Below, piece by piece: positions 32,063 to 44,542 of a DNA stretch of 64,000 bases. The DNA is taken from assembly GCA_963921275.4 (NCBI GenBank), contig OZ001293.3:1632001-1696000 (forward strand). The letters are read 5' to 3'. This DNA is from an uncultured Hormoscilla sp. (GTDB lineage: Bacteria; Cyanobacteriota; Cyanobacteriia; Cyanobacteriales; Desertifilaceae). The notes below the pieces were generated by a model, which was not told where the DNA came from, ran no database searches, and was given only the letters and a program-made list of their open reading frames with translations. The translations under genes and the position numbers were made by a program. How positions within the stretch are numbered: position 1 is the stretch's first letter; each line of letters opens with the position of its first letter.

Positions 32063-34711
32063 CTAAGCTAGGGGGTCGCCCCCCCGACTCGTCTTCAGAA
32101 CCGGACGTGAGACTTTCACCTCATCCGGCTCCTCAGTGACGCCACCCTTGTCACGGGTACGGCTGTGACTGCCGTCGCTGGCAGTTTTTATGTAGTGACA
32201 GTGCTTGTGTAATAACTGTAGGTTGTCATACCGGTCTTTACCTCCTAATGAAAGGGGCTTGATGTGGTCAACTTCCCACTTGTCACTGTCCAAGAACGTT
32301 AGTTCGCAGTGTTGGCATTTTCCCTTTTGCCTCTTTAGTAGCGTTGCTACTCTCTTACTTAGCTCGGGGTTTTTGCCTAGTCTCGTACTCCAATATGTAA
32401 GGTTCCCGTCATATGGGCTTGCTGTTCCTTTCACTTTTATGTGTCTGACTATCTCAGTTTCAGAGTGTTTGTACAGCGTTATCTCTCCCTCTCCTGCCTT
32501 GTACCGGAATCGCCATTTACCACCCTGGTCTACAGACCAGTACTTATAGGCTATCCAGTGACTTGACTTATTGGGATGTCTCTTTTTGGCCCATTGCCAT
32601 AGGATGTTCCATAGGTAGGTATCCATGTCTGTGTAAGTTTCCTTACTCACCACGGTCCTGTAGTAGTTGGACCATCCCCGTATTATCGGGCCTAGCCTGC
32701 TTATCAGGGTCGCTTGTGGTGCTGCTTTATGGCTGGCTACCACCTCTGCTAGCCGTTCTTTATGCTTCCCTATGGACTTTTTACTGGGTTTGATTAGGGT
32801 TTTGAATCCTAGGGGTGTTCCGTTAGTTGATTTACCGGTTCTGTATTCACCCACCTCATATTGCCTTATGTTGAACCCCAGGAAATCAAATCCCGGTTTT
32901 TCTCCCTTTAGCGTATGAGTTATTTTTGTCTTTTCGGCTTTCAACTCTAGCCCCATTCCTTTTAGCCACTCTGCCACCACCATCTGCGCTTTGTCTATCA
33001 TCTCCTTGCTCTCATGCATTACAACAAAGTCATCGGCATATCTGACTATCGTCAGTATCTACTTTTCCTTTTGTGTCCTGACGAGTTTCTTCACTGCCTC
33101 CTCTAACCCGTGGAGGGCTATGTTGGCTAGTAATGGTGATATGACTCCCCCTTGGGGAGTACCCGCCTCGGTTGCATGCCAGTTCCCTTTGTCCATTACC
33201 CCGGCTTTTAGCCATGCCCGTATTTGCTTACGGATTGGTGATATGGTATTCAGTTTTTCCAGTAACGCTCTGTGGTCTATCTTGTCGAAGCATTTCGCGA
33301 TGTCAGCATCCAATACCCACTTGGGTTTATATCTGATGCTTAAGAATATCGCTTCGATTGCATCGTGGCATCCCCTTCCCGGTCTGAACCCGTAGGAGTT
33401 CCCTTCCATATACGCTTCCCACTCGGGTTCGAGCGCAATCTTAAGGAGTCCGTGCGATTCGTTCTAGCCTAACGTGGTCAAACACGGAACGCTAGCCCGG
33501 TTTCATTAGCCGGGAACTCTGACCGCATGGGGGTTAAATTCCCCTCCCCCCAGGTACGGGGGTGACACCGGTCCTCGGTGCTACGAAGCGACATCATCGT
33601 GGTGCTAAGCGAGGACTCAAATGTAGGATAACTGGCAGCCTAAGCCGGTGACGCCGCTAGGAAAGATATCCAAGGTTAGAGCAGGCAAACATGTGCAAGC
33701 CTCGTTATAAGGAACCAGCGAAATAAGGCTATATGCGCTGGCCTAAAAAGGAAATGGTAGCTAGTATTAGTTTTAGACTCTGGCTAATATAGTACTCAAA
33801 TAGCTCCCGGGGTATAGTGTGGACCTAAAGGTATCGCGAAATGTTGTTAGGGAACGAAGTAACCTCTCGTGTGCTGTCCATCAGGACAAGTTAGATGTTA
33901 AGCGCAAGCCACGGGGGGAGGGATGGCCCAAGAAGCGAATGCCCGGGGTAATTCCTGGGATAACATCTACAGTAATGTAGATGATGCTGGGTAGCCAGCG
34001 CTGACGTGGGTCGGTGATACTAGGAAGCTGCTGGAATGAGTAATCCTAAAAAGCCACGGAACTAATCCGAAACGCAAGTGGAGGATAAGGTATGGATAAC
34101 TGGTAAAACTGACTTGAAAATGGTGATACTAACGGTTATCAGAACAACCACTCGCTAAACCAGGAAAGGGAAGAAAAGACAGGCGGCAAGGGCTAACGGA
34201 AGTAATTCCTATTAAGTCTACCTATGAAAAGGGCCTAGTACCCAGTAGCCGGATGCGGTGAAAATCGCAAGTCCGGTTCCGAAAGGGAGGGTCGGGAAGC
34301 GATTCCCGGCTCGACCCCATCCCTGTGTCGCGCGGTCATACATCGTTGGTATTCCTAAAGGACGCTTTTCCTCTCTCCCTGGCTTCGGTATCCATACACG
34401 CCGTGTAGGTTTGGCCTTGTTTGAGATTTCAATCTGTCCTACCAGTTCTAGGCGTTGCTTCGGGGTCAGTGCTTTCACACCGTCCACTCCAGCCGTCTTT
34501 TTTCCCTGGTTATCTTGTGTTACCTGTCGTACCGCTAGACTTTTGGCAGCCCGGGATTTTACCAGTAACCTTTGGAGTCTGCGAACTGGTCGCTTATTAC
34601 GCCTTCCATTGCCGCTCTGTAAATTCGCTTTTGCAACTTAAAGACTACCCGCTCTAGCTTTCGCCAGGGGGTATCCTTCCATTCATTCATCGATTTTGAC
34701 ATCGTGCTCAT
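32063..34711 (-). pseudogene. ltrA: Group II intron RT/maturase/HNH, inactivated three times
   Basis: Motifs RPLGIP, PQGGVISPLLAN, YADD and HNH (DHIKP...NLQLLH). Carries a 2-nt insertion near 34598, the nested intron from 33452, and TAG at 33059-33061. Confidence 0.92.
33452..34322 (+). mobile_element. ORF-less group II intron inserted antisense in the RT gene
   Basis: 5' GTGCG at 33452; domain V AGCCGGATGCGGTGAAAATCGCAAGTCCGGTTC at about 34247-34279; domain VI ending GACCCCAT at 34320. Removing 33452-34322 restores DRATQGLLKIALEPEWE. Confidence 0.92.
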
Positions 34712-36337
34712 GACGTATGCATTGCTACTTACAACTTCACAATTGACGTTACCGTGAGGGCGTCAGCATATCCTATCCATTACAGATAGGCGTTAGCTTC
34801 TCCACGAAATCTCTCCCAGATACAACCTGCCTAATGAAAGCAGATGTTGCGCCTGTGGTGGCTACTCAACCTATCGACCGGCGGTTGAGAGTATGTACCT
34901 GGTTTACTTCGTTCCTCTAGATGATTGGTCGTAGTTTTAGGTGGGCTCTCTATGCCGGGTTTTATTGTCAGTGCTTATTGGTCGGAGTCAAAACCGCCAA
35001 TGACCGATATCCTTTCCCTTTTGGACCAGCGTTTCAGCCTTTTCGCTGGTTCCAAGTGACGACACTTATGAGCCTTCACTTTCGTTCATCATGACTACTT
35101 GCTTGACGATGACCGGCTTAGGCTGCTAGTCAGGGCGCCTTTCCTACCCGCTTCACAGATTGATGCCATCGCTACTGTGGGGTAAGTGCTGTCACGAGAG
35201 CACCTGGAGGGGTGGGCTTTCACCACCATCATCTAAAAGTTGTCAGGGCTAATGGAACCCTGCTAATGGTCCCCCACCGGTGTCCCTCTGTTGGTTCACC
35301 GGTAGTTTACACTAAACGAATCGCACTCGACTATCTGTGGCCATAAGGTGGGCATGGCCCACCCGACAACAGTTATTTCAGCTGAAAGCTAGTACCCCGG
35401 TAGCATCCTTGAAAAGAAGTCAGTTTGGTACTAGTGTACTGCTCCAGTCTCTGCACTAGCAAAGGCTTGTATTCCAAGGTATTGAGCCATTTATAGGAGA
35501 AATGACCTGGACGATACCTAATCCTTTTATGAATATACTTGTCAACGGGAACTCCGTCAACCCCTGAGATGCTTTGCTGGTGGTATCCATTGAGCATGAT
35601 GTACTCGACTTCCACTCCTGGGGACAGGGTGACATTCCAATGTACCGGTTCATAGGAGGACAGAGCCAGAATAATAGGTTTCTCTTGACGCTGCACCTTC
35701 ACCTCCACCAGTCCCGTGGGATGATATCCAGCACTATGGTCCGATCGCGCCTCATATACACTAATTACATGTAGCTCTTTAGAACCCATAGTTCGGGCAA
35801 AATAGGCCGAAAAATCTCCTGAACCACCGTCACCGCAGGCGACTATGGGAGTTTCTGTTGCAGCTTGCTGCTGTTGCAGGATCGGCTTTAACCAATACCA
35901 ACCACCGACACCCACAGCAGCGATCAAAGCCGCACCCACCCCGATCGGGATAATATTTTTCAGGTTGCGGAAACCCTCAGAGTTTGTGAAGCGCTCCAGG
36001 TTATTCTTGAGCGCGTCACCTGTTTCTTGGAATAAATTATTGTTGCCATCCAGAGAGGCTAACAAGGCCAAACTTTCCGGCGCTTCCAGTAGACTTTGCA
36101 CATCCGGACCCAGACCTACATAAAGATTTCTGCTGTGCCGGTCTAAAAGGAGCCAGTATTGGTCTGCTGCGCCCAGGTTATAGTCTTGCACTGAGGGACT
36201 GACTTGGGGGTGTTGCAGGAAAACCTGCCAGGCCACACCGTTACCGGTGCCGATATTTTCCCCATCATTGTACATGACTTGGTTGAGTTGGGGTTCCCAG
36301 TGCCAAGCTACCCAACGACTATTAGCTTGATAGCCTA

Positions 36338-37349
36338 ACTCAAGTTGCGACCTATAAAAATTGGATACAAAAAGCTATGATAAAGAGAATTATTTTCAAC
36401 TCTAATCCCTTAGATGTAACAGCATGAATTGACTTGGGAAACAAATTGGTGATTCGACTAAAACAGGTTTCAACTTGTTTTCTTGTTACTTTTTGTATAT
36501 ATTCAAAACAAGAATATTCTTTTCTTTTTGAGTTCTTTTTTCGCAAAGGTTTTAACATTAAACTTGACGACTCTTTTAGTAAATCCTCTAATTGATAATC
36601 ATTATAAGCTTTATCTCCATAAACTATTGAATTTGATGGTAAGTCAAAGCCAAAAGATTGCAAAACTTTAACATCATTATAACTACCAGGATCTAGATAA
36701 AATTCTATTGGCTTTCCATTTTTGTTTACCAACATATGAACTCTTAATCCATAAAAATAACGTTTTTTACTGGCAATATACCCTCGATATTCTTCCTTGT
36801 TATAAATTTGGCATCTATCAATCCTAATATTATCACATACTGGCACCGGGAAACTATCAAGAATATATTCTTGACCCGGATTGAGCTCTTTAAATGTTTG
36901 AGCTATAACTTGAAAGAAAAACATCCAAATTGGTTCGTCAATATTGTGTAATCGACGATTGAACCTACTTTTACTTAACAGATTTTTTATATACTTGTGT
37001 TGGACCATAAATTGACAAGAGCGATCGTGGTGTCCTCCGAAAAAATATGCAGCAACTAATCCGACTGTCATCACTTCAGCATTGTTCATTTTTACTTGTG
37101 GATCTTCTTTTATATTTAACGCTTTTAGTAGCTCGTCACAAAGAACAAAAATTGTTGTAATCATATCTTCCATCATCTACATCCCCCAGCAATTAACTAT
37201 TATTTTAGTACATTATAACCTATAAACAGCCAACCCGCCGTCTAGCACAAAAAAAATATAATTTTGTATCAAAAGCTACGAAATATCCCAAATATCTGTA
37301 AAGTCTAAGTGGGTAATTCATATTTTTTTTAATAGGTCGCAACTTAGGT
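36338..37349 (-). mobile_element. IS982-family element
   Basis: TIRs ACTCAAGTTGCGACCTAT/ATAGGTCGCAACTTAGGT; 7-bp TSD TAGCCTA at 36331-36337 and 37350-37356; AT-rich. Confidence 0.92.
36352..37176 (-). CDS. IS982 DDE transposase, apparently intact
   Basis: Motifs ILDSFPVPVC, FYGLRVH, YGDKAY and RKQVETCFS. Confidence 0.92.
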   Translation of the reverse strand: MMEDMITTIFVLCDELLKALNIKEDPQVKMNNAEVMTVGLVAAYFFGGHHDRSCQFMVQHKYIKNLLSKSRFNRRLHNIDEPIWMFFFQVIAQTFKELNPGQEYILDSFPVPVCDNIRIDRCQIYNKEEYRGYIASKKRYFYGLRVHMLVNKNGKPIEFYLDPGSYNDVKVLQSFGFDLPSNSIVYGDKAYNDYQLEDLLKESSSLMLKPLRKKNSKRKEYSCFEYIQKVTRKQVETCFSRITNLFPKSIHAVTSKGLELKIILFIIAFCIQFL

Positions 37350-37689
37350 TAGCCTAGAGTTCTTTCCAGTCGGGGATGGGCCGTAGCGTTTAAGCGTTCA
37401 ACTAAATTGGACATCTCGCTTCCAGGCTGTTTATGGTTTTGTCTATGATAGCTTCTTTTGCCCTGAGTCGGGCAGAGGCGATCGTAGGTTGGGTTCCCCA
37501 CGTTACCCAACCTGAGGTTGCTGCCGCTTGGGAGCACCATCACCCTAAAGGATTCTGTTGACGAATGGGGGCGAAGCCCCCATTGTACCCCAAGGAGAGC
37601 CAATCAGCAGGTGTTGAGTTACGATAGACAGGAAAACTCACGCGGAGACATGGGAGAGTGAGCTATACAAACCCATACCGCCCCAATTA

Positions 37690-38110
37690 CTTATGACCCT
37701 TCATCCCTCACTACAATGGATTGTGCCCCCAGAAACAGTCGCAGTGGCGAAAGCATCGTTTCCCAAAGGGAACATATACATGACAATGCACAAACAATTA
37801 GGAGAAATATAAACAGATAACGACTTTGAGTCTCTTGAGCCCAGATGTGGACAATCGGCAATGTCACAGAGCCAAGTTAGCGCTAATTACAATTATGCAG
37901 GAAGCCGTTGGTCGTTCCAGATAGACAAGCCGCTGATGCCGTGGGTTCAATGTATTGATTGGAAGTATGCTTTAGGCCTAGAATTAACTGGGGAAGGTTT
38001 TGACTATACAGTGTTGACGGAATTTCGCGAGGGTCTGATAGCGAAAAAACAAGAAAATCAACTACTAGATTTAATGCTGACAAAATTGAGAGAGCAATTT
38101 TGGCTCCGTT
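37690..38110 (+). pseudogene. IS1182-like transposase remnant
   Basis: PETVAVAKASFPKGN...IDWKYALGLELTGEGFDYTVLTEFR, with stops and frameshifts. Confidence 0.7.
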
Positions 38111-38428
38111 CTCGAGTTGGAGCTGCTGACCAGGGGGTAATCCCCGACCTTCGCCAACAGAATCCTAAAGGGTGGGGCTACATGAACAAAGCAATTGTCT
38201 CAGCGAGCGCAGCGTGGCAACCTTCCGGCGCGGGCTAAATTTATCGAGAAGATCGCGTATTATCTCGTATTATTTCGTTGCCAGGTTCTACCTGGCAATG
38301 GACGCGGGAGGCAGAGCCTCCAGTTGCTGGCACAGGAGGCTCTGCCTCGAGTACTGGCGTTCCCAGGCAGAGCCTGGCAATGTACGCGGGAGGCAGAGCC
38401 TCCAGTTGCTAGATCGTCGGGCCATTAA

Positions 38429-40826
38429 ATTAAACTAAGCCAGTCCGTCACCGGACCGACTCGTCTTCAAAACCGGACATGAGACTTTCGCCTCATCCTG
38501 CTCCTCGGTCACGCCACCCTTGTCATGGGTACGGCTACTGCCATCGCTGGCAGTCTTTTTGTCGTGGCAGTGTTTGTGTAGCAACTGTAGGTTGTCATAC
38601 CGGTCCTTACCTCCTAGTGAAAGGGGCATGATATGGTCAACTTCCCATTTGTCACTATCCATAAACGTTAGTCCGCACTGTTGGCATTTTCCCTTTTGCT
38701 GCTTGAGTAGCGTTGCTACCCTTTTACTCAGTTCGGGGCTTTTGCCTAATCTTGTGCTCCAATATGTGAGGTTCCCGTCGTATGGGCTTGCGGTCCCTTT
38801 CACTTTTACGTGTCTGATTATCTCAGTTTCGGAGTGTTTGCGTATCTTCATATCACCCTCTTTTGTCTTGCTTCGGAATCGCCATTTAGCATCCTGGTTT
38901 ACAGACCAGTATTTATAGGTTATCCAGTTACTTAACTTGTTAGGGTGCCTCCTTTTGGCCCATTGCCATAGGATGTTTTATAGGTAGTTGTCCATATCGC
39001 TGTAAGTTTCCTTGCTTACCACTGTCCTAAAGTAGTTTGACCATCCCCTTATTATCGGGTTTAGCCTGCTTATTAGGGCCGCTTGTGGTGCTGTTATATG
39101 GCTAGTTACCATTTCTGATAACCGTTCTTTATGCTTCCCTATGGACTTATTACTGGGTTTGATTAGGGTTTTGAATCCTAGGGGTGTTCCGTTTGTTGAT
39201 TTGCCGGTTCTGTATTTTCCCTCTTTATATTGCCTTATATTGAATCCTAGGAAGTCGAATCCCGGGTTTTCTCCATTTAGCCTGTGGGCTATCTTTGTCT
39301 TTTCGGCCTTCAACTCAAGCCCTATTCTTCTTAGCCACTCTGCCACCACTGTTTGCGCTCTGTCTATCATCTCCCTGTCTTCATGCATGATCACAAAGTC
39401 GTCTGCGTATCTGACTACCGTCAGCTTTTGCTTTTCCCTTTGTGTCTTTGCTAATTCCATTACTGCTTCCTCTAACCCCTGTAGGGCTATATTGGCTAGC
39501 AGTGGGGATATGACACCCCCTTGTGGCGTTCCTGCCTCAGTTGTGTGCCATATCTTCTTGTCAATCACCCCGGCTTTTAACCATGCCCGTACTTGTTTAC
39601 GGATTGGTGACGTAGTATTTAATTTTTCGACTAGCGCTTTGTGGTCTATCCTGTCGAAACATTTCGCAATATCTGCATCTAATACCCATTTGGGTTTCTG
39701 TTTAATGCTGCTGAATATTGCCGCAATTGCATCGTGGCATCCCCGACCCGGTCTGAATCCGTATGAGTTCCCCTCCATATATGCTTCCCATTCGGGTTCG
39801 AGCGCAATCTTGAGGAGCCCTTGATTCGCGCGGTCGTGCATCGTGGGTATTCCTAAAGGACGTTTTTCTTCTCTCCCTGGCTTAGGAATCCATACACGAC
39901 GTGTAGGCTTAGCCTTGTTTGAGATTTCAATCTGTCCTACCAGTTCTCGGCGTTGCTTTGGGGTTAGTGATTTCACACCATCCACACCGGCTGTCTTCTT
40001 TCCCTGGTTATCTTGTGTAACCCGTCGTACCGCTAGACATTTGGCAGCCCGGGAGCTTACCAGTAACCTTTGGAGCCTGCGAACTTTTTGCTTATTGCCT
40101 TCTTGTGCCGCTCTGTAAATTCGTTTTTGCAACTTAAAGACTACCCGTTCCAGCCGAGGCCAGGGGATATCCTTCCATTCATTCATCGATTTTGACATCG
40201 TGCTCATGACGTATGTATTGCTACTTACAACTTTACAATTGACGTTACCGTGAGGGCGTCAGCATATCCCATCCATTACAGAAAGGCGTTAGCTTCTCCG
40301 CGAAATCTTTCCCAGATATAACCTGCCGAATGTAAGCAGATGTTGCGCCTTTGGTGGCTGCTCAACCTATCGACCGGTGGTTGAGAGTATGTACCTGGTT
40401 TACTTCGTTCCTCTAGATGATTGGTCGTAGTTTTAGGTGGATTCCTTATGCCGGGTTTATTGTCGGTGCTTATTGGTCGGAAAAGGAACCGCCAATGACC
40501 ATTATCCTTTCCCTTTTGGGCCAGCGTGTTTAGCCTTATTACGCTGGTTTGTCGTAACGACACTGTAAATCTTTGCTTTCGCTCACCGTGACTACTTGCA
40601 CGCTGCGCGAAAAATCGGCGATGACCGGTTTAGGCTACCAGCCAGGGCGCCTTTCGTACCCGCTTCACGGATTGATGCCATCGCTACCGTGGGGTAAGTG
40701 CTGTCACTCCTGCACCTGGAGGGGTGGGCTTTCACCACCATCATCTAAAAGTTATCAAGGCTAATGGAGCCTTGCCAGTGGTCCCCCTTCGGTTATCACC
40801 GGTGGTTTACACTGAACGAGTCGCAC
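38429..40826 (-). mobile_element. Group II intron B, sibling of intron A
   Basis: 5' GTGCG at 40826; domains V/VI at about 38435-38505; 3' end CTTAGTTTAAT at 38429; co-linear with intron A. Confidence 0.92.
38435..40207 (-). pseudogene. ltrA: Group II intron RT/maturase/HNH with one in-frame stop
   Basis: Complete RT motifs including YADD. TAA at 38978-38980 where intron A has TGG; the downstream HNH ORF is in the same frame. Confidence 0.92.
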
Positions 40827-41003
40827 TAAAACGCCGACATTTTAACAACTCAAAGAGCGACTATAATCGATCTGATATCCTCTGGCCCCTCTCTAGGCGC
40901 GAAGCGCCTGGGAAGCACGCTTCGTGCTTACTACGAACCTAATTCTGTTGTCCTTACTACGAACCTAATTCTGTTGTCACGTCTATGAATACTTCAACTT
41001 CAC

Positions 41004-42374
41004 GGCTCTTCTCAATCTAGTATGCTAAAATAGGTCTTAAATGGGGGTTAATGCGTCCGGTCAACGGGAGCTTCTGAAAACCGGAAAACATTGCCGGACT
41101 TGACATGTAGAGTTGTGGTATGATCTAGCTTTATAGAAAAACAGGGAGAATTTATAAGATGCCGCGTTCAAATCTAAAAATACTAACAACATTTTTAAGG
41201 CTTCCAGGGGTGAAAGTTGTCTGGTATACCGAGGTGAATTTAACAGAAGTGATAATGACGATAGAGGCAGAAAAACAAGAAGCAATTTGCCCTAGATGTA
41301 ACCAGAAAAGTTGGCATCAAAATCATAATTACTTAATTAATGATTTACCCTGGGGAGAAAAGAAGGTTTTTATCCAAATCAACCGCCAGTGCGATCATTG
41401 TTCAAAACCCTTTAGCGAAGAATTGTCATATGTAGAAGCTCGGCTATACAAAGAGATTGTCTGAACAAGTGGTTCGAGAAGTATTAAATGGTGATATTCG
41501 TTTGGGTAGCAACCCGGTATAGATTAAAAGAATCCGATGTTCAACAAATGCTGTCGGGAAAGTTAAAAATTGAACCACTGAACTAAAAAAGTTAGGTATC
41601 ATTGCCTTGGTAAAAGGTAAAGGAAATTATGCAGCAGTTTTAGCCGTGTCTCCTGGGAGCGCTATTCGCACTACCCAGGAGACGTGGACATTGATAATAG
41701 CAAACTTTTGGAAATCGTCCCGTCTCGACGACAAGAAGATTTGCGAGAAGTCTTGCTATCATGATGATGTCTTAAATGGTATAGAAGAAGTAAGTATCGA
41801 CCTGTGGAAACCGTATAAAAGTTTAGTGACAGAGTTGATGCCGAATGCTGAAGTTGTCGCCGAGCGTTTTCACGTAACAGGTAAATGAAGAACTAGATGC
41901 TGAAAGAAAAAAGATCAAAAATGCCACTAATAAAATTAAAAATAAGCGTCAAGGCGATCTGATCAGGGTTGAACAAAAGTAAAGTTGCTAAAAAATGAGA
42001 AAGATTTGAACAATGAACAAAAAAATTGAGAGAAATTCAAGAAAAAATCCTTAGGGGAAATGCACCGCATCAAGGAACAGCTACGGAATATTTACGAGAG
42101 ATCTGAAAAAGAGGCAAATCCTATCTTACTTTTAATTGATTGGCTCGGCCAAAGAGTATTTTTGTGTGTGAAGACAATTATTCGATGGTTTGGAGAAGTG
42201 GTTGGTTATTTTGAATCGGGGACAACTCAAGGAACTGTAGAAGGAATAAATAACCGTCTCAAGTTAATTAAGCGTCAGGGATATGGGTTTAAAAATTTGG
42301 ATAATTTTCGCTTGCGTAGTCTACTTCGCTGGTGCTTTTAGCATCAATGCCCGCATACTAAATTGAGAAGAGCC
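41004..42374 (+). mobile_element. Degenerate ISL3-family element
   Basis: TIRs GGCTCTTCTCAAT/ATTGAGAAGAGCC. Fragments CPRC, VSIDLWKPY, ERFHV and EGINNRLKLIKRQGYG with many frameshifts. Confidence 0.88.
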
Positions 42375-42484
42375 ATTATATTGAACGCAATCGCATTCCC
42401 GAAGAGTTGGTGCATCAGGCGGTTAAAGCGGCGCTTAAATAGCTACGATCGCTCGTTCACTCGTTCCCTGGGGTCGCCCATTGG

Positions 42485-43124
42485 TGACAACTTAAGGTTA
42501 AAATATAGCTATCAAGCCAGCTCTAGAGGAGGTGTCTGATCGTGAGTCGCCCTCGCAAAAACAACCCAGATCATGCTCGCCTCCGATGTGCTCTGCGCAG
42601 AGCACATCGTCACAACATGCCCGCTCCCAGTAGCAAAGCTATTGAAGCTCACCTGAGTAATCTGTTGACCCCTTTGGTGAACAATCAATTGGGCTCGGGA
42701 TCGCCAATTGGGGTTACGTGCGAGGATTTTGGGACTGCCACTGATGGTGGCGGCGGTATTAACCCTGCTGTGGCGCCAGTTACCAACTGGCTTATCTCTG
42801 GACGGAGTCGCTCAATGGCGTCAAGCTGCCTCTCTGGGCAACCTGGCGGTTCGGCAGCTGTGTTGCTAGACCTGGCGGATGAAGTCGCTGATTGTCTAGA
42901 ATTACCCACAGAGCGTATTTCCTTATAAATGATATTTCAAGGGTTTTATCATTTCACAGTCGCCAAGACCAGGGGCAATAATCAGTCTCTGGTAGAGTAT
43001 TTCTGCGACCCCAAAAATAATGCTCTGGGCATTGTCAAAGTTTTGCCCAAAACCAAGGGAAAGCAAGGGTTATACCTCTCTCCTTTCCCCGACTTGACTT
43101 TGGCGGAATCTTCTTAAGTTGTCA
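42485..43124 (+). mobile_element. Internally deleted IS4-like element
   Basis: TIR TGACAACTTAAG/CTTAAGTTGTCA; only the N- and C-terminal transposase fragments remain. Confidence 0.7.
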
Positions 43125-43520
43125 TCCCGCTCAAAGGCAATAGCCCAGAGGAATTCGGACAGCAGTTGCGACTAGCTGCGGTAATATACTGGTAAGCAAT
43201 TCAAAATTATTTCTTCAAAATTCAAAATATGGCTGCACGCTATCGCTACGCTGCGCGAAGGGGAAAGTCTTTGAGAACAAGGAGCGAGCGCGGATCGGCC
43301 TATGCAATTTAAATGCGCGACTGCGGAGTAACGGGACAACGACGATCTGAAACGGGAGTTAGAACGTGCATGAACGTCCAGCAATTAACCACCTTTAATT
43401 ATTGATGCAGGCTTGCTAAACTATTACGAAAGGTTGTGAACAAGGAAGATAACTTGCTACAATATTTCAAACACTGGTAACTGGTAACCGATCGCTGATA
43501 ACTGACAATAGGCGCTCGCC

Positions 43521-44162
43521 ATGAATAAATTAAAGAAAAAAATTCCGAGAGATACCTGGGTTAAAGCTAGTTGGAAGGAATACATCGAAGTGCTTGAAGA
43601 TGAGGCCGATCGCAAAGGAAAAGGTTACTATTACAACCGAGAACTGAGAATTGAAATGTCACCAGTAGGTAATGACCATGCCAATGACCATTCATTTATT
43701 ACCATTGCGATCGGCTTATTAACTATTACTAAAGGCATTAATCTCAATGTCAAAGATAACTGCACGTACCGCAAAACAGGGATTAAAGAAGCTCAACCTG
43801 ATGTATCCTGTTATATAGGCGAAAACGCCGATGTCGTGCCTTGGGGAACTTCTATTATCGATCTAGACAGATATCCACCGCCGACCTTAGTGATAGAAGT
43901 GGCTAACACCTCACTTGTTGATGATAAAGGAAAAAAGCGCCAGCTTTATCAAGAACTTCAAGTTGCTGAATACTGGATCGTTGACGTGGTAAACGTGCAA
44001 GTTATTGCTTTTGCTATTGCTGATGGCGATAGCAAGGAAATTAGAGAGTCAAGAGTATTGCCCGGATTAGAAATTTTTTTGCTAAATGAAGCCTTTCGCA
44101 TGAGTCGAAGGATGAGTCAAAGTCAAGTTTTAAATTGGTTATTCACCCAATTGCAACAATAG
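43521..44162 (+). CDS. Uma2-family endonuclease
   Basis: Motifs EMSPVGNDH, QPDVSCY, VIEVANTSL and EYWIVDV. Confidence 0.9.
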   Translation: MNKLKKKIPRDTWVKASWKEYIEVLEDEADRKGKGYYYNRELRIEMSPVGNDHANDHSFITIAIGLLTITKGINLNVKDNCTYRKTGIKEAQPDVSCYIGENADVVPWGTSIIDLDRYPPPTLVIEVANTSLVDDKGKKRQLYQELQVAEYWIVDVVNVQVIAFAIADGDSKEIRESRVLPGLEIFLLNEAFRMSRRMSQSQVLNWLFTQLQQ

Positions 44163-44542
44163 CACGATCTGGTCAGGTGGGCATCGCCCACCTGACCCAT
44201 TATATAGGGAACCTAAATGAGTTGTGTAACGGGTGATTGCTGAAATTTAGGCACCGCAAGGGTTTCAGCGCTGTCACCCCCATAATAGTTGCACAAATGA
44301 TTTAGACTTACTATAGTAGTTCAAAGCTATCATAAACTGTCCCCATATCCTCGAAGTTACGTGAGCTGCCTTCGTCAGAAAAGGAGAGATTTGAGTGCGA
44401 TAGGGCGAATAATTAGTAGAGATCGGCTATGCCCAGAAACCATGTTTCTTGAAAAAACATGGTTTCTCAATTTGCAAAAAATATTTGTAATTGTTATAGT
44501 AAGATAAGTAAAAGATGTCAAAACTAACATCTTGTACCTTTA

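Larger units (their letters stand above)
32057..35326 (-). mobile_element. Group II intron A (IIB / chloroplast-like type), carrying a nested intron
   Basis: 5' GTGCG at 35326. Domain V GAGCCGGATGAGGTGAAAGTCTCACGTCCGGTTC and 3' end CTTAGTTTAAT at 32057. Confidence 0.92.
35373..37414 (-). pseudogene. Hypothetical membrane-anchored protein interrupted by IS982
   Basis: Removing the IS and one TSD copy joins MSNLVERLNATAHPRLERTLG to YQANSRWVAWHWEPQLNQVMYNDG in frame. Confidence 0.85.

Noticed and set aside
33452..34322. True sequentially spliced twintron
   Set aside because: The inner intron is on the opposite strand to the outer one.
32063..40207. Retron, DGR or defence RT
   Set aside because: Both RTs lie within full intron boundaries and have maturase and HNH domains.
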